A stretch of DNA of 64,000 bases from Octopus sinensis (GCF_006345805.1 NC_043008.1:35154001-35218000), one strand, 5' to 3'; counted from the stretch's first letter, positions 11,660-25,439 are shown. Translations and numbers: made by a program. Notes: generated by a model not told the origin, from the letters alone.

Positions 11660-11835
11660 GAACCAACATGATTACATCGGGCCCAGTGCTCAACTCGTAC
11701 TTATTCTATCAACCCTGAAAGGATGAAAGGCAAAGCTGACCTTGGTGGAATTTGAATTCAGAACGTAAAGATGGACGAAATACCGCTGAGTATTTTTACC
11801 GGTGTGCTAACGCTTCTGCCAGCTCGCCGCCTTAT
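11660..11835 (-). mobile_element. SINE family A
   Basis: Reverse complement of AAGGCGGCGAGCTGGCAGAAGCGTTAGCAC..GCCTTTCATCCTTTCAGGGTTGATAG. Confidence 0.85.
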
Positions 11836-12356
11836 TATGGAGATACCGACGAGCACCATAGGTTAAGGAAATAATCATCTGCTGGGTCGGTAACGTGATT
11901 CAGTTTCGAATCTGTGCTGAGATAAGTTCCTACGCAGCCAATGACTGCAGGGAATCACAAATCTCTTAAGTTTCTATAGTATTCTACACCCAAACTGCAC
12001 TGTCGATATTAAGTAGTTAAACAGAGATCAATATCATTAAGTAAAAGGTATATATGAATGCCTGTATCTGTATCTGTATGTTTGTAAGACCTGGGTATGT
12101 TTTAAAATGCGGTCTAGCTATAACTTAACTAGCATGTGGACTCCAGCGAGTTAAAGAATCACTTGTTCTTGTTAGAACTTCTTTCAAGAAGAGGGACTCG
12201 TATAAAACCCCAATGTGCAGTCGAATTCTTGCCGTCTCAACCTTTATCTGGTACTAGTGGTATCACTGTTAGCATGGAAAAGTGGGTTCAGTGCTGTGCA
12301 ATACTCTTATCCTCTTAAACAAATTTACGCACAGGAACTTCTTGGACTCTAGGAAC

Positions 12357-12414
<58 letters not shown>

Positions 12415-12418
12415 TATA

Positions 12419-12472
<54 letters not shown>

Positions 12473-12489
12473 TATATATATATTAATAA

Positions 12490-13075
12490 TATATACTTGA
12501 TACTTTGATAGGTTTCGGCCATTATTGGCCCAGGCCATGTCTAACTTAATAGCACCACCTGGTGAAGTCCTTCAAGTCAGAATTTGGGCACTATGGCCCA
12601 CTCAAGTAGAGAGTTATTGTTTACAGAGATATATCCGGGTGTAGGGGGTTTATCCGGGATTTCTTGAAGGAATCTGTCCAAAGACTTCTTGAACCCTATA
12701 GGGTCTGTTTCTGTTTTAATGTGTTTTGGTGTAATGTTAAAGAGAGCGGGGCCAATTGAGGTGAAATAATTGTGCCGTATTGTTGTTATGAGATGAGAGT
12801 GCGATTTTTGTTTTAGGCGGATGGCACGGGGCCCAGGCCTTGGATGTACCTTAAAGGTGATGCCAACATCATTTGGGCAATGCTGATGGAATATTTTCCA
12901 CATCATGCAGACGAGTAGCGCTCACGGCGACGTTGGAGAGAATAAAGTTTTAGCTTTTCTAGTCGACCCCAATAGTCGAGGCCTGTCATGCCATCTATCT
13001 TTTTTGTGATTGCCCTTTGAGGTGCTTCAACTTTTATGATACTTTGTTTTGTGTGGGGAGACGACAGTGGACAAC
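12490..13075 (-). mobile_element. CR1-clade LINE 3' end (truncated)
   Basis: Minus strand reads ..VEAPQRAITKKIDGMTGLDYWGRLEKLKLYSLQRRRERY.., then ORF 12577-12906 MMWKIFH..FTSIGPALFN..FKKSLDRFLQEIPDKP..NSL. Ends in short ATCAA(A)GT repeats. Confidence 0.85.
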
Positions 13076-13254
13076 AGTATATTATTATTAATATTAGGAA
13101 ATCGATATCAGAAAACTCCTCAGAATGATATACACGTGCGAAAATTAATTGTTGTATTAAAAATATAAAATAAATAAATATAAATATGTATAAAAATATA
13201 TGTAAATATGTATAAGTATAAATATATAATGTATATGACAGTTTAAAAGTTTAA

Positions 13255-13445
<191 letters not shown>

Positions 13446-14614
13446 CATGTACAGTACAATTTAAACATCAGTTTGCCAGACAAATAAGCAGTATTTATAG
13501 CTCCATGCAGCTCCGTGTATTGTAAATTTATCCTGTGTTATGGAATCCAGATTTGAGCATTACTGAGATAATGAGTAGAAAGCAAATCACAACAGGACCA
13601 CTGAGTTTCACCAAAGACGCAACGGCTCAAGAAGGAATGTTTTAGAAGAAATCCATGTTTTTTTTTTAACCAGATCCAGCACAGTTAGCTAAATGGGCAT
13701 TTGCTAATTTCTAGCACTTATCAGTGGTTACAACAGCGAACATTACAACCTTGTGATACTTCCTTCCTGCTAGACAAACTCAAATACAGACAGTTGTTAT
13801 GGTTACAGATGAAAACAAAATGGCGGCGACCGGCCATAAACCAACACGTCGACAGGTTGCTTGTGCAGTATTATATTGATACGGTCATCAATACGTGTAA
13901 TAAATACATTAGGTTCAGTTCTGTCAATATAAATCTTTTACCTTTTTTCCTTTCAACTTTAAACAATTTGCTCTGTGACAAACTGACTCATACATGAATC
14001 ATTACCATTTCCTGTTAATTTGATAATTTTCATCAACAAACTACATAATAGTAATCATATAACATTTACACTAAAAGTAGTTAACATTTTCAGACTAAAA
14101 AACAATAAATAATCAATAATTACATGACAAGATCAAAATATAAGAAATCCATACTGCCTCCCGCCTCTTAATAACCAAACTTTCATCGATATTTTCATGT
14201 ATGAAATATCTACATAAACTACAGCTATAACCATCAATGGTTTAATGTAGTGGAAAATACGAGATATTATGATCATTAGAAGTGGTTTAACTTATTTTAT
14301 AGACTCTTTCTATCAATCGTATAATACATTATGTACTTATAGTAACATCTCTTTCAATGTTGTATCATTTTCAAGTTGCATTACTCCAGTATGGTGTTGA
14401 TATTCAGTGTTGATAGAAATTTAAAAGGCCAGTATATGTCAAAATAATTAAAGAAAAAGCAGAAAAAAACGAGGCATTACATAGAGAGGAACATAAATTC
14501 CTATATTCTATTAATCTAGAGTTACCTAAGGATAGACAGACAGACACACAGTGCATAATGCAGGCTAATAGATATAATCAAACATAATATATTCTTGTAT
14601 ATTCTCTTACTGAC

Positions 14615-15007
14615 TTCAGTCATTTGTCTGCTATCATTCAAGCCTTTCAGTCATTTGTCTGTAGTCATTCAAAGGTTTCAGTCATTTGTCTGTTGTCATT
14701 CAAGTTTTTCAGCCATTTGTCTGCATTCATTCAAGCTTTTCAGTCATTTATCTACAGTCATTCAAGGGTTTCAGTCATTCGTCTGCTGTCATTCAAGGGT
14801 TTCAGTCATTCGTCTGCTGTCATTCAAGGGTTTCAGTCATTTGTCTACAATCATTCAAAGGCACAGTCATTTGTTTTCAGTCATTTGTCTATGGTCATTC
14901 AAGGGTTTTAGTCATTTTGTCTGCAGTCATTCAAGGCTTTCAGTCATTTGTTTGCGATCGTTCAAGCCTTTCAGCCAATTTGCCTTCGGTCATTCAAGAG
15001 TTTAGTC
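14615..15007. repeat. 31-bp minisatellite, about 13 units (TTCAGTCATTTGTCTGCTGTCATTCAAGGGT)
   Basis: Tandem units read directly; variation concentrated in two 3-4 nt patches per unit. Confidence 0.92.
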
Positions 15008-15362
15008 GCCCATGTCGACGCCACGATTTATTTGAATGTTTTAGCTTATTGCCTGCTATTTTAGCTTATTGCCCTTAATTATCGAATTGCTGATTTTTGG
15101 TTTGAAATAAAGGGACGCAACTATAAGCATACTCTTAGATACGGGAATCCGCAACCCATACAATTAAAGTGTAAGAGTGTTTCTCTCTGTCCAGTATGTA
15201 CTTACTATAAAATTCATTTTGACTGAGAATTTAAGGTTTTGTCTGACGATTTTTGCCTTGAATCATCTATTAAGCGAAACATAATGTGATATTTAAATGA
15301 ATTTCATAAGAAACTATGTTTAGTATTGCATCTCACCATCAGTAAGTATATTAATTTTAAAT

Positions 15363-15658
15363 GTGGAGGCACATGGCCTCGTAGTTAGAGCAGCGGACTC
15401 GCGGTCGAGTGATCACAGGTTCGAATCTCAGGTGTGTGTGTTTATGAGCGAAACACCTAAGCTCCACGCGACTCCAGCAAAAGGTAATGGCGAACATCTG
15501 CTGACTCTTTCGCCACAACTTCCTCTCACTTCTTCCTCCTGCATCTAGCAGCTCACCTGCGACGGACCGGCGTCCCATCCAGGTGAGGAACCTATAAGCT
15601 TATGAAACCGGCCTTTATGAGCCAGGAATGGCTTGAGAAGGAACAAACAATAACAACA
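15363..15658 (+). mobile_element. tRNA-derived SINE family C with (AAC)n-type tail
   Basis: A-box TGGCCTCGTAGTTAG, B-box GGTTCGAATCTC; tail ATGGCTTGAGAAGGAACAAACAATAACAAC. Confidence 0.85.
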
Positions 15659-16143
15659 TTCTTATAAATAACAAGAATAAATGAACGCACATACATTAAG
15701 TAGATTAACAAACTTAGCAAATTTAACTATTTCGCTGTGGACTAAAAACTGGTGCATAGTCTCAGTCGATTTTTAATTCTGATTGGGTTTCCATCATCAA
15801 AGATGTCTACATCTTTTGGTTAATCTCAGAGAAATGAGTTTCCAATTTCCAAGGTATTTATATACACAACAAATCCATGAGCTTCAGGGAAGTGGAACGA
15901 CTAATTTGCATACTATCAATATTCAACACTTTATTTTATGTTAACGGTCTGTCAACGAAGAACTCCGTCCAAACAATATCAAGCTATGTATATGTAAAAC
16001 TATGAAGTCGACATACAAACACGGAAAATGTGACAACTTCTCTATTGATGGTAAAATACGAGAAACGGCCTTAAATAGACCTTGGAACCTAACTGGGTTC
16101 TCATGTAGGTTATATTAATGTTGTAGAAACAGAGGGCAGTGAA

Positions 16144-16372
16144 AGGCGGCGAGCTGGCAGAAACGTTAGCACGCCGGGCGAAATGCTTAGTATTTCGTCT
16201 GCCGCTACGTTGTGAGTTCAAATTCAGCCGAGATCGACTTTGCCTTTCATCCTTTCGGGGTCGATTAAATAAGTACCAGTTACGCACTGGGGTCGATATA
16301 ATCGACTTAATCTCATTGTCCGTCCTTATTTGTTCCCTCTATATTTATCCCCTTGTGGACAATAAAGAAATA
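16144..16372 (+). mobile_element. SINE family A, full length with 19-bp TSD
   Basis: TSD AGAAACAGAGGG(C/T)AGTGAA at 16125-16143 and 16373-16391 (18/19). Confidence 0.92.
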
Positions 16373-16489
16373 AGAAACAGAGGGTAGTGAATATATAAGG
16401 CAGAACTTAGAGACAAATATGAAGACCCACACAAAATACAGGGCAAATTCAAATCTTAATATGAATCTATAATGAATGTGAACATGAAG

Positions 16490-16770
16490 GAACGTGACCA
16501 GGTGGTTAAATTGTTGCACTCACGATCACAAGGTCGTGATTTCGATTCCCAGACCGGCGTTGTGCTCATGAGTAAAACACTTCAATTCCCGTTGTCCCAA
16601 CCATAAATGGTTAACCCTGCAATGGAATGGGGTTGTGTTCAAGGAAAGTGCTGGCCTGCATGCCTAGCCATCAGGGTGGTATCATTGAAAAGTTAAAACA
16701 ATGCGAGGAAGCGTATTGTGTCCAGCGGTGTATAACAACAACTGATAGTCAGGTCGAAACAGTGATTCTA
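16490..16770 (+). mobile_element. tRNA-derived SINE family D, degenerate
   Basis: Head GTGGTTA..TTTCGATTCCCAGAC; tail AAAACAATGCGA..GCG.ATTGTG shared with 17971-18243. Confidence 0.65.
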
Positions 16771-17970
16771 TATAAATTTTATACTTCATATCTAAAGGGT
16801 TTACGTAGTACTGTGCAATCATCAGCGAGGAAAAGAAGTTGGATTATATTACAGTTGTATTAATATGTTCGTGTTTAGATTATCTCTCTTCATCCAAACG
16901 CCTTTGGATGCAGTTCTAATGTTTTTTGCATAATTTACTGTGCTGCGTAGAAAACTTCTTGGTAATGATATATTTTCGATAAATATATGAAATATAAATC
17001 TCAAACTGCAATACTCATCTGGTTTCATGTATCAACAGCTGATCTTATACACGTTTAAGTATTTATCGTGAGTGGAAGCTTGATACAGTCAGTCGAGACT
17101 CAAGAGATTTAACGTTATATCAGAGTTATTTATTATTGCTGTTGTGATATATAAATTTATAGAACTTCATAAAATTGATTTATTATGTTAAAGATTTCTA
17201 TTATGTCTTCTTTTGCGTACCATAATTAAGACTATGGAAGCAAAACACTTATGCCTTTCATATCCTATCATATTTTAGAACAATATTTTAGATAAATCTT
17301 AATATACGTATACATACAACTCTTAATATAAGTATATTTATAACTCTCAATATACATACTTATGCATAAAAACATAAAAGCAGGAGATATGATAGCCGAA
17401 TAAATATTTATTTAACCAGGCATCTTCCATACGGGTACAGCCGTTTCACAATCTTCTTCATGTAGCATTAATTTCAATATGCAAGGAATTATGTTTGCAG
17501 TAATACGAATGTGCACTAGAACATCATGGATACACAAACAGTTCAACTATTGATGTGACCATAACGTTTCAGTGATCTGGTGGCTAGCTTTCTTTATTAG
17601 CTTTGATTTGTGAATATAGGATTGATTATGGGTATACATATCAATACTAGCGCACGTATAGTTTCTTGCATATTGAAATTAATACTATGTGGAGAAAGTT
17701 TGAAGTAACTGGTTAAATAAATATATATTCATCTCCTATACCACTTGACATTTTGGTTTTATATATTCTTCACAAAACAATTTGATAGCTCGGATTTTCT
17801 GAATTTTCAGCTTTACATTGACACTTTACGTTACACAACTTTGTTACTAATTACCATGTAGACTGATAGCTGGGTCCCTAAGAGGAGCTGACTGTGCCCT
17901 GTGACAGCTGCATAATATTCATATATACATACATACATACATACATACATATATGTATGTGCGTGTTAGG

Positions 17971-18243
17971 GCAGTGGTTAGGGCAGCGAACTAGCGGTCG
18001 TAGGATCGCGGTTTCGATTCCCAGACTGACGTTGTGAGTGTTTATTGAGCGAAAACACATAAAGCTCCACGACGCTCCGGCAGGGGACGGTGGAGATCCC
18101 TGCTGTACTTTTACACCACAACTTTCTCTCACTCTTTCTTCTGTTGGCCTGCTGCTCATTTGAAGGCTAAAACAATGCGAAGCGGATTGTGATCAGCTAT
18201 GTGTGGCAACGTCTGATAGCCTGTTCAGTCACGGTGATCACGG
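17971..18243 (+). mobile_element. tRNA-derived SINE family D
   Basis: CAGTGGTTAGGGCAGCG..GGTTTCGATTCCCAGAC; body shares AAGCTCCACG and CCACAACTT with family C. Confidence 0.8.
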
Positions 18244-18255
18244 CAAAATATAGGT

Positions 18256-18445
18256 GCAGGCATGGGTCTATGGTAAGAAACTTGCTTCTCAACCACATGG
18301 TTCGGGGTTCAGTTCCAATGCGTGGCACCTTGGGCAAGCCTCGTCCGACCAAAGCCTTCTGAGTGGATTTGATAGATGGTGCTCCAGTTTAAGGCGGTAC
18401 TCCAGCATGGCTACAGTCTAATGACAGAAATAAGTAAAAGATAAA
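18256..18445 (+). mobile_element. SINE family B, internally deleted
   Basis: Family B head joined directly to the GCGGTACTCCAGCATGGC tail. Confidence 0.8.
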
Positions 18446-18447
18446 AT

Positions 18448-18450
18448 ATG

Positions 18451-18539
<89 letters not shown>

Positions 18540-18775
18540 TGTGTGTGTGTGTGTGTTTTTTTTATATATATACATATATATTTATATGTATATATATATA
18601 TTTATATATGTATATATATATATATGTGTGTGTGTTTTATATATATATATATACACATGCATACATATATATATACATATATATTTATATGTATATATAT
18701 ATATATATATATAATATATATATATATATATTATATATATATATATATATACATGCATATACATACACACACATG
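18448..18775. repeat. Compound (TA)n/(TG)n microsatellite
   Basis: Direct reading. Confidence 0.95.
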
Positions 18776-19374
18776 CATGCTTACATATAAGTATACAACA
18801 TTATTGTAACCATCAATTTTCATGTCTCTGTATGTATCTATATAGCTACAGACGGATGTAATTGCATTTGTTTGCGCGTGTGTATGTGAGCGTGCGTGTG
18901 TGCCTATATGCGTATGTGTACACACGAGTGTGTGTGTGTGTGTGTTTATATTTCTATATATGATTATTTGACTCATTAGATTTAGTTTTTGTTGCCAACA
19001 AGAAACTGTCAGTTAATAGAGAAACTATTTCATCAGAATTTTAAATTTGATCATGGAAATTTTGCTTTTCTTTTTAATGATTTTATTTAGAATTTTTAAG
19101 AAAATAATTGTATTTTTATTTCTTCGATGTTGTGATCATGTTTTTTGTTTCTTGGTTTTTCGTCTTTTTTGCTGTCATTGTTGTTATCGATGTTATTCTT
19201 GTTCCTGCTCCAGAGCAAAATATAAATTCGCAGTTTAATGTCTGGGTTAAGGGAGAAAATTGTTGCCTAATGACTGGATTCAGACGAAAATAACTGTTTT
19301 GGTGTAGCTTCTGAAGTAATATCAAGACGTATGGCTCTTTGGAAACTAAAATTACATATACATAGACACACGCA

Positions 19375-19498
19375 TAAATACATACATATATACGTACGTA
19401 CATACATACCTGCATCAATACATACATACATACATGCATACATACATACATACATACATACATACATACATACATACATACATACATACATACATACA

Positions 19499-19532
<34 letters not shown>

Positions 19533-19540
19533 CGTACATG
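19375..19540. repeat. (TACA)n microsatellite
   Basis: Direct reading. Confidence 0.95.
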
Positions 19541-20069
19541 CATACTCACACACATACGCGCGCACCAACTCACTCATATATATACTCACATAAATACACA
19601 TATGCACGTTTCTACACGCAGGCATACACAATCATAAGCACAGACACCAATACACATATGTGTGCAATCGTATATGTACGGATGTATATAAATATAAACA
19701 ATCTGCCTGTAACACTATACGAATAACTAATCTTAATTTTGTTTTTCCTTTACACTCTTTAATAACACATCAATCATGTATATCTCCGCAATAAAGTCAT
19801 AATTATGAACAGTAGTTGTTATAAGATAATGTCGTGTCTGAAATTGTTGTTGTTGTTGATGTTATTGCTGCTAAATATGTTCCAGCTGATGTTATTACTC
19901 TTGCTACAACAATATTTGCTACTGTTCTTCCGTTGCGTCAATCAGCTCCGCTCGACTACCCCTATGTCCCTGCTCATATGTCTTGTACGCAATGGCACAT
20001 ATACTCACTCTTCCGTGAAGCCCAATTTCTTGAGCTGCTTTTGTCTGCACCACAGAATCTCAATCTGAC

Positions 20070-20230
20070 ACCAAGCGGAAATTTGGCAGAATCGTCAGAG
20101 CATAAGAATAAAATTTTTTGCGGTCATTTGTTTTAGTTAACTGCGTACTGAGTTCAAAATCTACCGAGGTCAACTTTGCCTGCCATCCTTTAGAAGTTGT
20201 TAATATATTCGTCCCGTTTTGTATTTTATA
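20070..20230 (+). mobile_element. SINE family A fragment
   Basis: GGCAGAATCGTCAG..GAGTTCAAAAT..GAGGTCAACTTTGCCTGCCATCCTTT. Confidence 0.6.
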
Positions 20231-20759
20231 AAAGCCTAAGGTGATGAATGATTGGCGTGAAACATTATATTCGCGCGCATGCAAGGGTGAAAGTAAAATA
20301 GATCAGCCAAGCTGAATGTGAGACGGCTTTCATCTGGCAAGATGAGGCAATCATTAGATATATATGTTTAGGAACGGATGCGCGAAGTGCACGACAAGAT
20401 TCCTTTTCAGGTACTGGCTCTAATTGGTAGTCACATTAAACTCCCACAGTTTCGTGACCCCTAAGTTCTGAAAGGACAATAACATAATATAAAGAGCAAA
20501 TTAATAATAAGACAAAAAACATGGATGTGATCTTGGTATTACTTTATTACACCTGTTTCATAAGTTACAATAATTGTTACATACGTAACGATAATTTAAT
20601 GATGTCACACTATAAATGCAACTTACAGATGCAACTTATAAGTGCAGCATATATAACGAAAGCCAGACGGTCCCTCGGAGATGAATGCATAATAATGTTA
20701 CCTTATCGTTACTACGCTAGTATTTCCTATCAAAATGTTAATTATTATTAAATGTAACA

Positions 20760-21310
20760 TCAACATAACTATTTCGAAGGACGTAACACACAGAACCGTA
20801 AATTTGGGTTAGTAATTCGTTAACTTGCTGTTCTGAAGTGAAGCCATCCAGGTTTATTTCTCCCGCCTGCTTCACATTAGAGAAACTGCAGATGTTGGTC
20901 CCCGCCCTATTCGTTGTCTTATATATTGTAGTGTTATTATAGCTCTTAATTTTGATTGACTGTAGCAACAGTAATGTAGTTGCAACAATCGGTCTTGTAG
21001 TATAAGTTGTTGTTAACGACATTTTTGTAAAAATGTCAGCTTTATGAATTACTGTTATTGCTTGAGGATAGTTATGAGACGTGTTCAGTTAGGATATGCA
21101 AGAATAGTCTGCTACGTCTTGCCATTGTATGTTGTAAGCAAGCAATGGCTTCGAAAGCAGTGATTTTGTAAACTGTAGCTTTGCAAGCTACAGTCCGCCC
21201 ATTTTTCTCCAAATTGTTAACGTCGTTACAGATAGTGAAGATGCTTCTCAAAGTGCGGTAAACAATAGCTTGTGTTGTATCAGATGCCTGGTAAATCTTG
21301 ACTGCAGTGA
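20760..21310 (-). mobile_element. Possible heavily decayed RTE-clade LINE C-terminal remnant
   Basis: Scattered minus-strand peptides KIYQA and NIQWQD in different frames resemble RTE C-terminal motifs; weak. Confidence 0.3.
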
Positions 21311-21417
21311 CTAAACTCTATAAACACTTCTATGTTATTATGTACCATATTCAATAAATATATATATATATATTCTGTTAAGAACGTATTAGAGTACAGT
21401 ATAATTGTTTTCAATTT

Positions 21418-21527
<110 letters not shown>

Positions 21528-21752
21528 AAGCTAGCTAGCTATATATATATATATAATAATATTGTATACGATTGCTTGCCTTGCCTTAATGTTTGCTGTC
21601 TTCTTTAACAATTATATATCCGCTGCATCAGAAATCTACAATGGGTCCATAAATACCGTCTCGGCTATAATCTAGGAGCCCTTAAAATCCGTTACAGCAC
21701 TTACCTAGCGAACTTAATCGTTAGATCACTTGTGAAGTAAACCCCTATAATT

Positions 21753-21806
<54 letters not shown>

Positions 21807-21830
21807 ATTATAATAATATATATATATCTA

Positions 21831-21874
<44 letters not shown>

Positions 21875-21919
21875 ATATATATATATATATAATATATATA
21901 TATAAGATATATATATTAT

Positions 21920-22104
21920 ATGGGAAATTCACAAAAAAAACAAAAGAAACAGGTGGTGTAGACACAAACAGATGTATTACTATAACGCTCGGGAAGTAAA
22001 AAAAGACATTAACGTTTCGAGCCTACGCTCTTCCACAGAAAGGAACACAGAAAGTAACAAGGAGAGAAAATAAAGAATGTGTATGGCTAGCAATCTATCA
22101 TGGC

Positions 22105-22110
<6 letters not shown>
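21920..22110 (-). mobile_element. PLE pLTR-type fragment with decayed hammerhead (22007-22042)
   Basis: Minus strand CTTT|CTGTGGA|A|GAGC-GTAG-GCTC|GAA|ACGT|T|AATG; (TA)n on both sides. Confidence 0.55.
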
Positions 22111-22143
<33 letters not shown>

Positions 22144-22362
22144 TATAAAAGGCTTAGTAAAATAAATTACTTTGCCACATACTGAACTCATTAGAAATAG
22201 CAGCCAAAAAAGTTTTTTTAGCTATTTCTAATACTTAATGAAAATTTCTCTCAGATAGTGTTTACTCAGAATAACCCACGAAGGTATGGGGGTAAAAAAC
22301 ATTAAAAAATCACAAGTGCAAAGATTATTTGAGAACGTTACGTTTCTAGATCAGCCAAGTTG

Positions 22363-22432
<70 letters not shown>

Positions 22433-22509
22433 GTATATGTTGTATGTATGTATGTATGTATGTATGTATGTATGTATGTATGTATGTATGTTATGTATGT
22501 ATGTATGTA

Positions 22510-22835
22510 GTACTTTATTAAAAAGCAGCAAAAATATCACAAAAAAACTGGTACTCGGAGTTTCACATTCCCGTTCTTCGGATAGTTTTGTTTAGATTTT
22601 CTCTGTTATGGCTGGCCATGGCTTAAACAACAACAACAACAAGGGCTACTCAAATACATGTGAGATACTAACTATCTTCGGATAGTTTTGTTTAGAAATC
22701 TGTCCGACGAACGGGAACGTGAAACTCTGAATAACAGCTTTTGTGATATTTTTGCTGCTATTTAATAAGGCATATTACCTCTGGTATTCGAGAACTATAT
22801 TTTTCACCTTTTTTCGCATTTATGTGCTTACTCTG
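22510..22835. mobile_element. Inverted pair of PLE pLTR-type fragments, each with a hammerhead motif
   Basis: 22510-22585 is the reverse complement of about 22700-22772. HHR motifs at 22548-22585(-) and 22700-22737(+); third copy at 38235-38380(-). Confidence 0.75.
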
Positions 22836-22836
22836 G

Positions 22837-22870
<34 letters not shown>

Positions 22871-23176
22871 TGTATGTATGTATGTATGTATGTATGTATG
22901 TATGCATGCATGCATGCGTGTATGTATATATGATGATGTATGTATGTATGTATGTATGTATGTATGTATATAGGTATATATATATATATATTATATATAT
23001 ATTATATTATATATAATATGATATTAGGGAGTATAACTCCAAACTTACAGGGAAAAATTCAATTTAGTATTAAATATTATGCAATTCAAACATGATAGAC
23101 ATAAACCAAATCATAATAAAAAATAAGGTATATTTTAAAAACATTTCTCTAATTATATATATATATATAATATATG

Positions 23177-23218
<42 letters not shown>

Positions 23219-23254
23219 TATAATATATTATATATATATATATATTTCATTGAT

Positions 23255-23870
23255 GACACTACAGCGAAAGTCTTCCTGATTGAACGTGAGTCATCCAGCT
23301 GCCTTGCCGTTTTGTCCAACCATCTTTTGATACTGTTCATCCATTGCTTTCTTTGCCTACTTCTTGTTCTACTACCCTCTACTTTTCCTTCTATGACAAT
23401 GTCTTCCAGACCTCTGCTTCTTCGAATATGGCCATAAGAGATGAGCTTTTGTTTTCTCCCAATATTCAAGCGTTATCGTCTTTCTCCTACTTGTTGTTGT
23501 AACTCCCATTCATTAGTTTGATATTCCTTGTAAGAAACTTGTAACATTCTCCTGTGCACCCACATTTCATACGCATCGATTATCTTCTCTTCAAATATGT
23601 TCAGAGTTCATGCTTCATAACCATAAATGCCTTCTGGCCAAATTATCGCTCGCGCTAGCCTTGCTTTTAATTTGACGGAGACCCTTTTGTGGCTACATAT
23701 ATTATTAAGCTTTTCGACACACCTTCTTGCCATGGCTCGCCATGTACTGATTTCTTTCTTACGCATGGCTTCATCAAAGATGTGAGCTTCAGAATACTTT
23801 CACATGTTCCAGCCTCTCACGAACCAGTTTGATGTTAACAGTTACGTTTTCGTTCCTACTCCATGACTTT
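23255..23870 (-). mobile_element. RTE-clade LINE 3' remnant
   Basis: Minus strand ..YGHIRRSRGLEDIVIEGKVEGSRTRSRQRKQWMNSIKRW, the RTE C-terminal G.VEG.R.RGR..W pattern; (TA)n on both sides. Confidence 0.85.
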
Positions 23871-23874
23871 TGTT

Positions 23875-23949
<75 letters not shown>

Positions 23950-23950
<1 letters not shown>

Positions 23951-24082
23951 GATAAATATGGTACTTAAGTTGAGGCACCGAATTTAGTACGGTATTATCC
24001 ATACAATTTCAAATTAAGGTGATTAAAATCAAAATAAGCAACAAGGATATCCAGAGGTAATGCAGTACGATCGTTTCATGCA
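23950..24082 (-). mobile_element. pLTR-type fragment with 3' half of a hammerhead
   Basis: Minus strand GAA|ACGA-TCGT|A|CTGC (24077-24062); the 5' half is replaced by (TA)n. Confidence 0.4.
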
Positions 24083-24645
<563 letters not shown>

Positions 24646-25439
24646 GAATGTATGTATGCATATATGTGTAGGTCAAAAAAGCGTTTGTGGTGTTATTTTT
24701 CAGTTTAATATGAATTACAAATTAGAAATAAAGTTATTTCAAATAATAACTATCCAATATCATGTTTTCAAATAATTTCAACGGAGTCTATAACGATTTT
24801 CTCTGTTATGGCTGGCCATGGCTTAAACAACAACAACAACAAGGGCTACTCAAATACATGTGAGATACTCTCTCTCTCTCTCTCTCCCTCTCTCGTCTCT
24901 TTATTTTCTCCATTCTCTCAATGCTTCTCTTAGTCTTTCTCCACTTTTCTCGTCTTCTTCCTGTGAGGGAATGGATTAGTTCGAAAACACTTAGTGCTCT
25001 GTTTTATAGCAATTACTAAGAAGCTTTCACCGATTCAGCTCTCACTAATTAACAACAATAACCAATCAATTGTAATCAATTAACAGCAGTACAGTAACCA
25101 ATCAATGATATAACTATCCCTAAATACACAGACATGACTGGCGTTGTCGTATCAAACGGAATAAAACTGATAAAGTATATCTAAAGGTGTACACATACAC
25201 ACAGACACGCACACACACACACACGCACACACACACACACACACGCTCGCACATGCGCGCGCACACACAAGCACACACACACACAACACACACACACACA
25301 CACAAACACACACGACAAACTGACAAATACAAAAGTGATGTTATGGTGAAACATGTTAATGGAATGTTCCAGTATTTCCTTTGGTGGCCATCACCAGCAC
25401 GGTTTTATCGAATAATGAGATCGACAGGGATATTAAACG

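Noticed and set aside
14595-15078. CRISPR-like array or repeat protein
   Set aside because: Units are contiguous 31-mers with no unique spacers and no cas genes, in a eukaryotic context; ORFs are open in several frames only because of the repeat
15363-15440. tRNA genes at SINE heads (also 6539, 17971, 34525, 55230)
   Set aside because: A/B boxes are present but there is no complete cloverleaf or acceptor stem, and each continues into a SINE body
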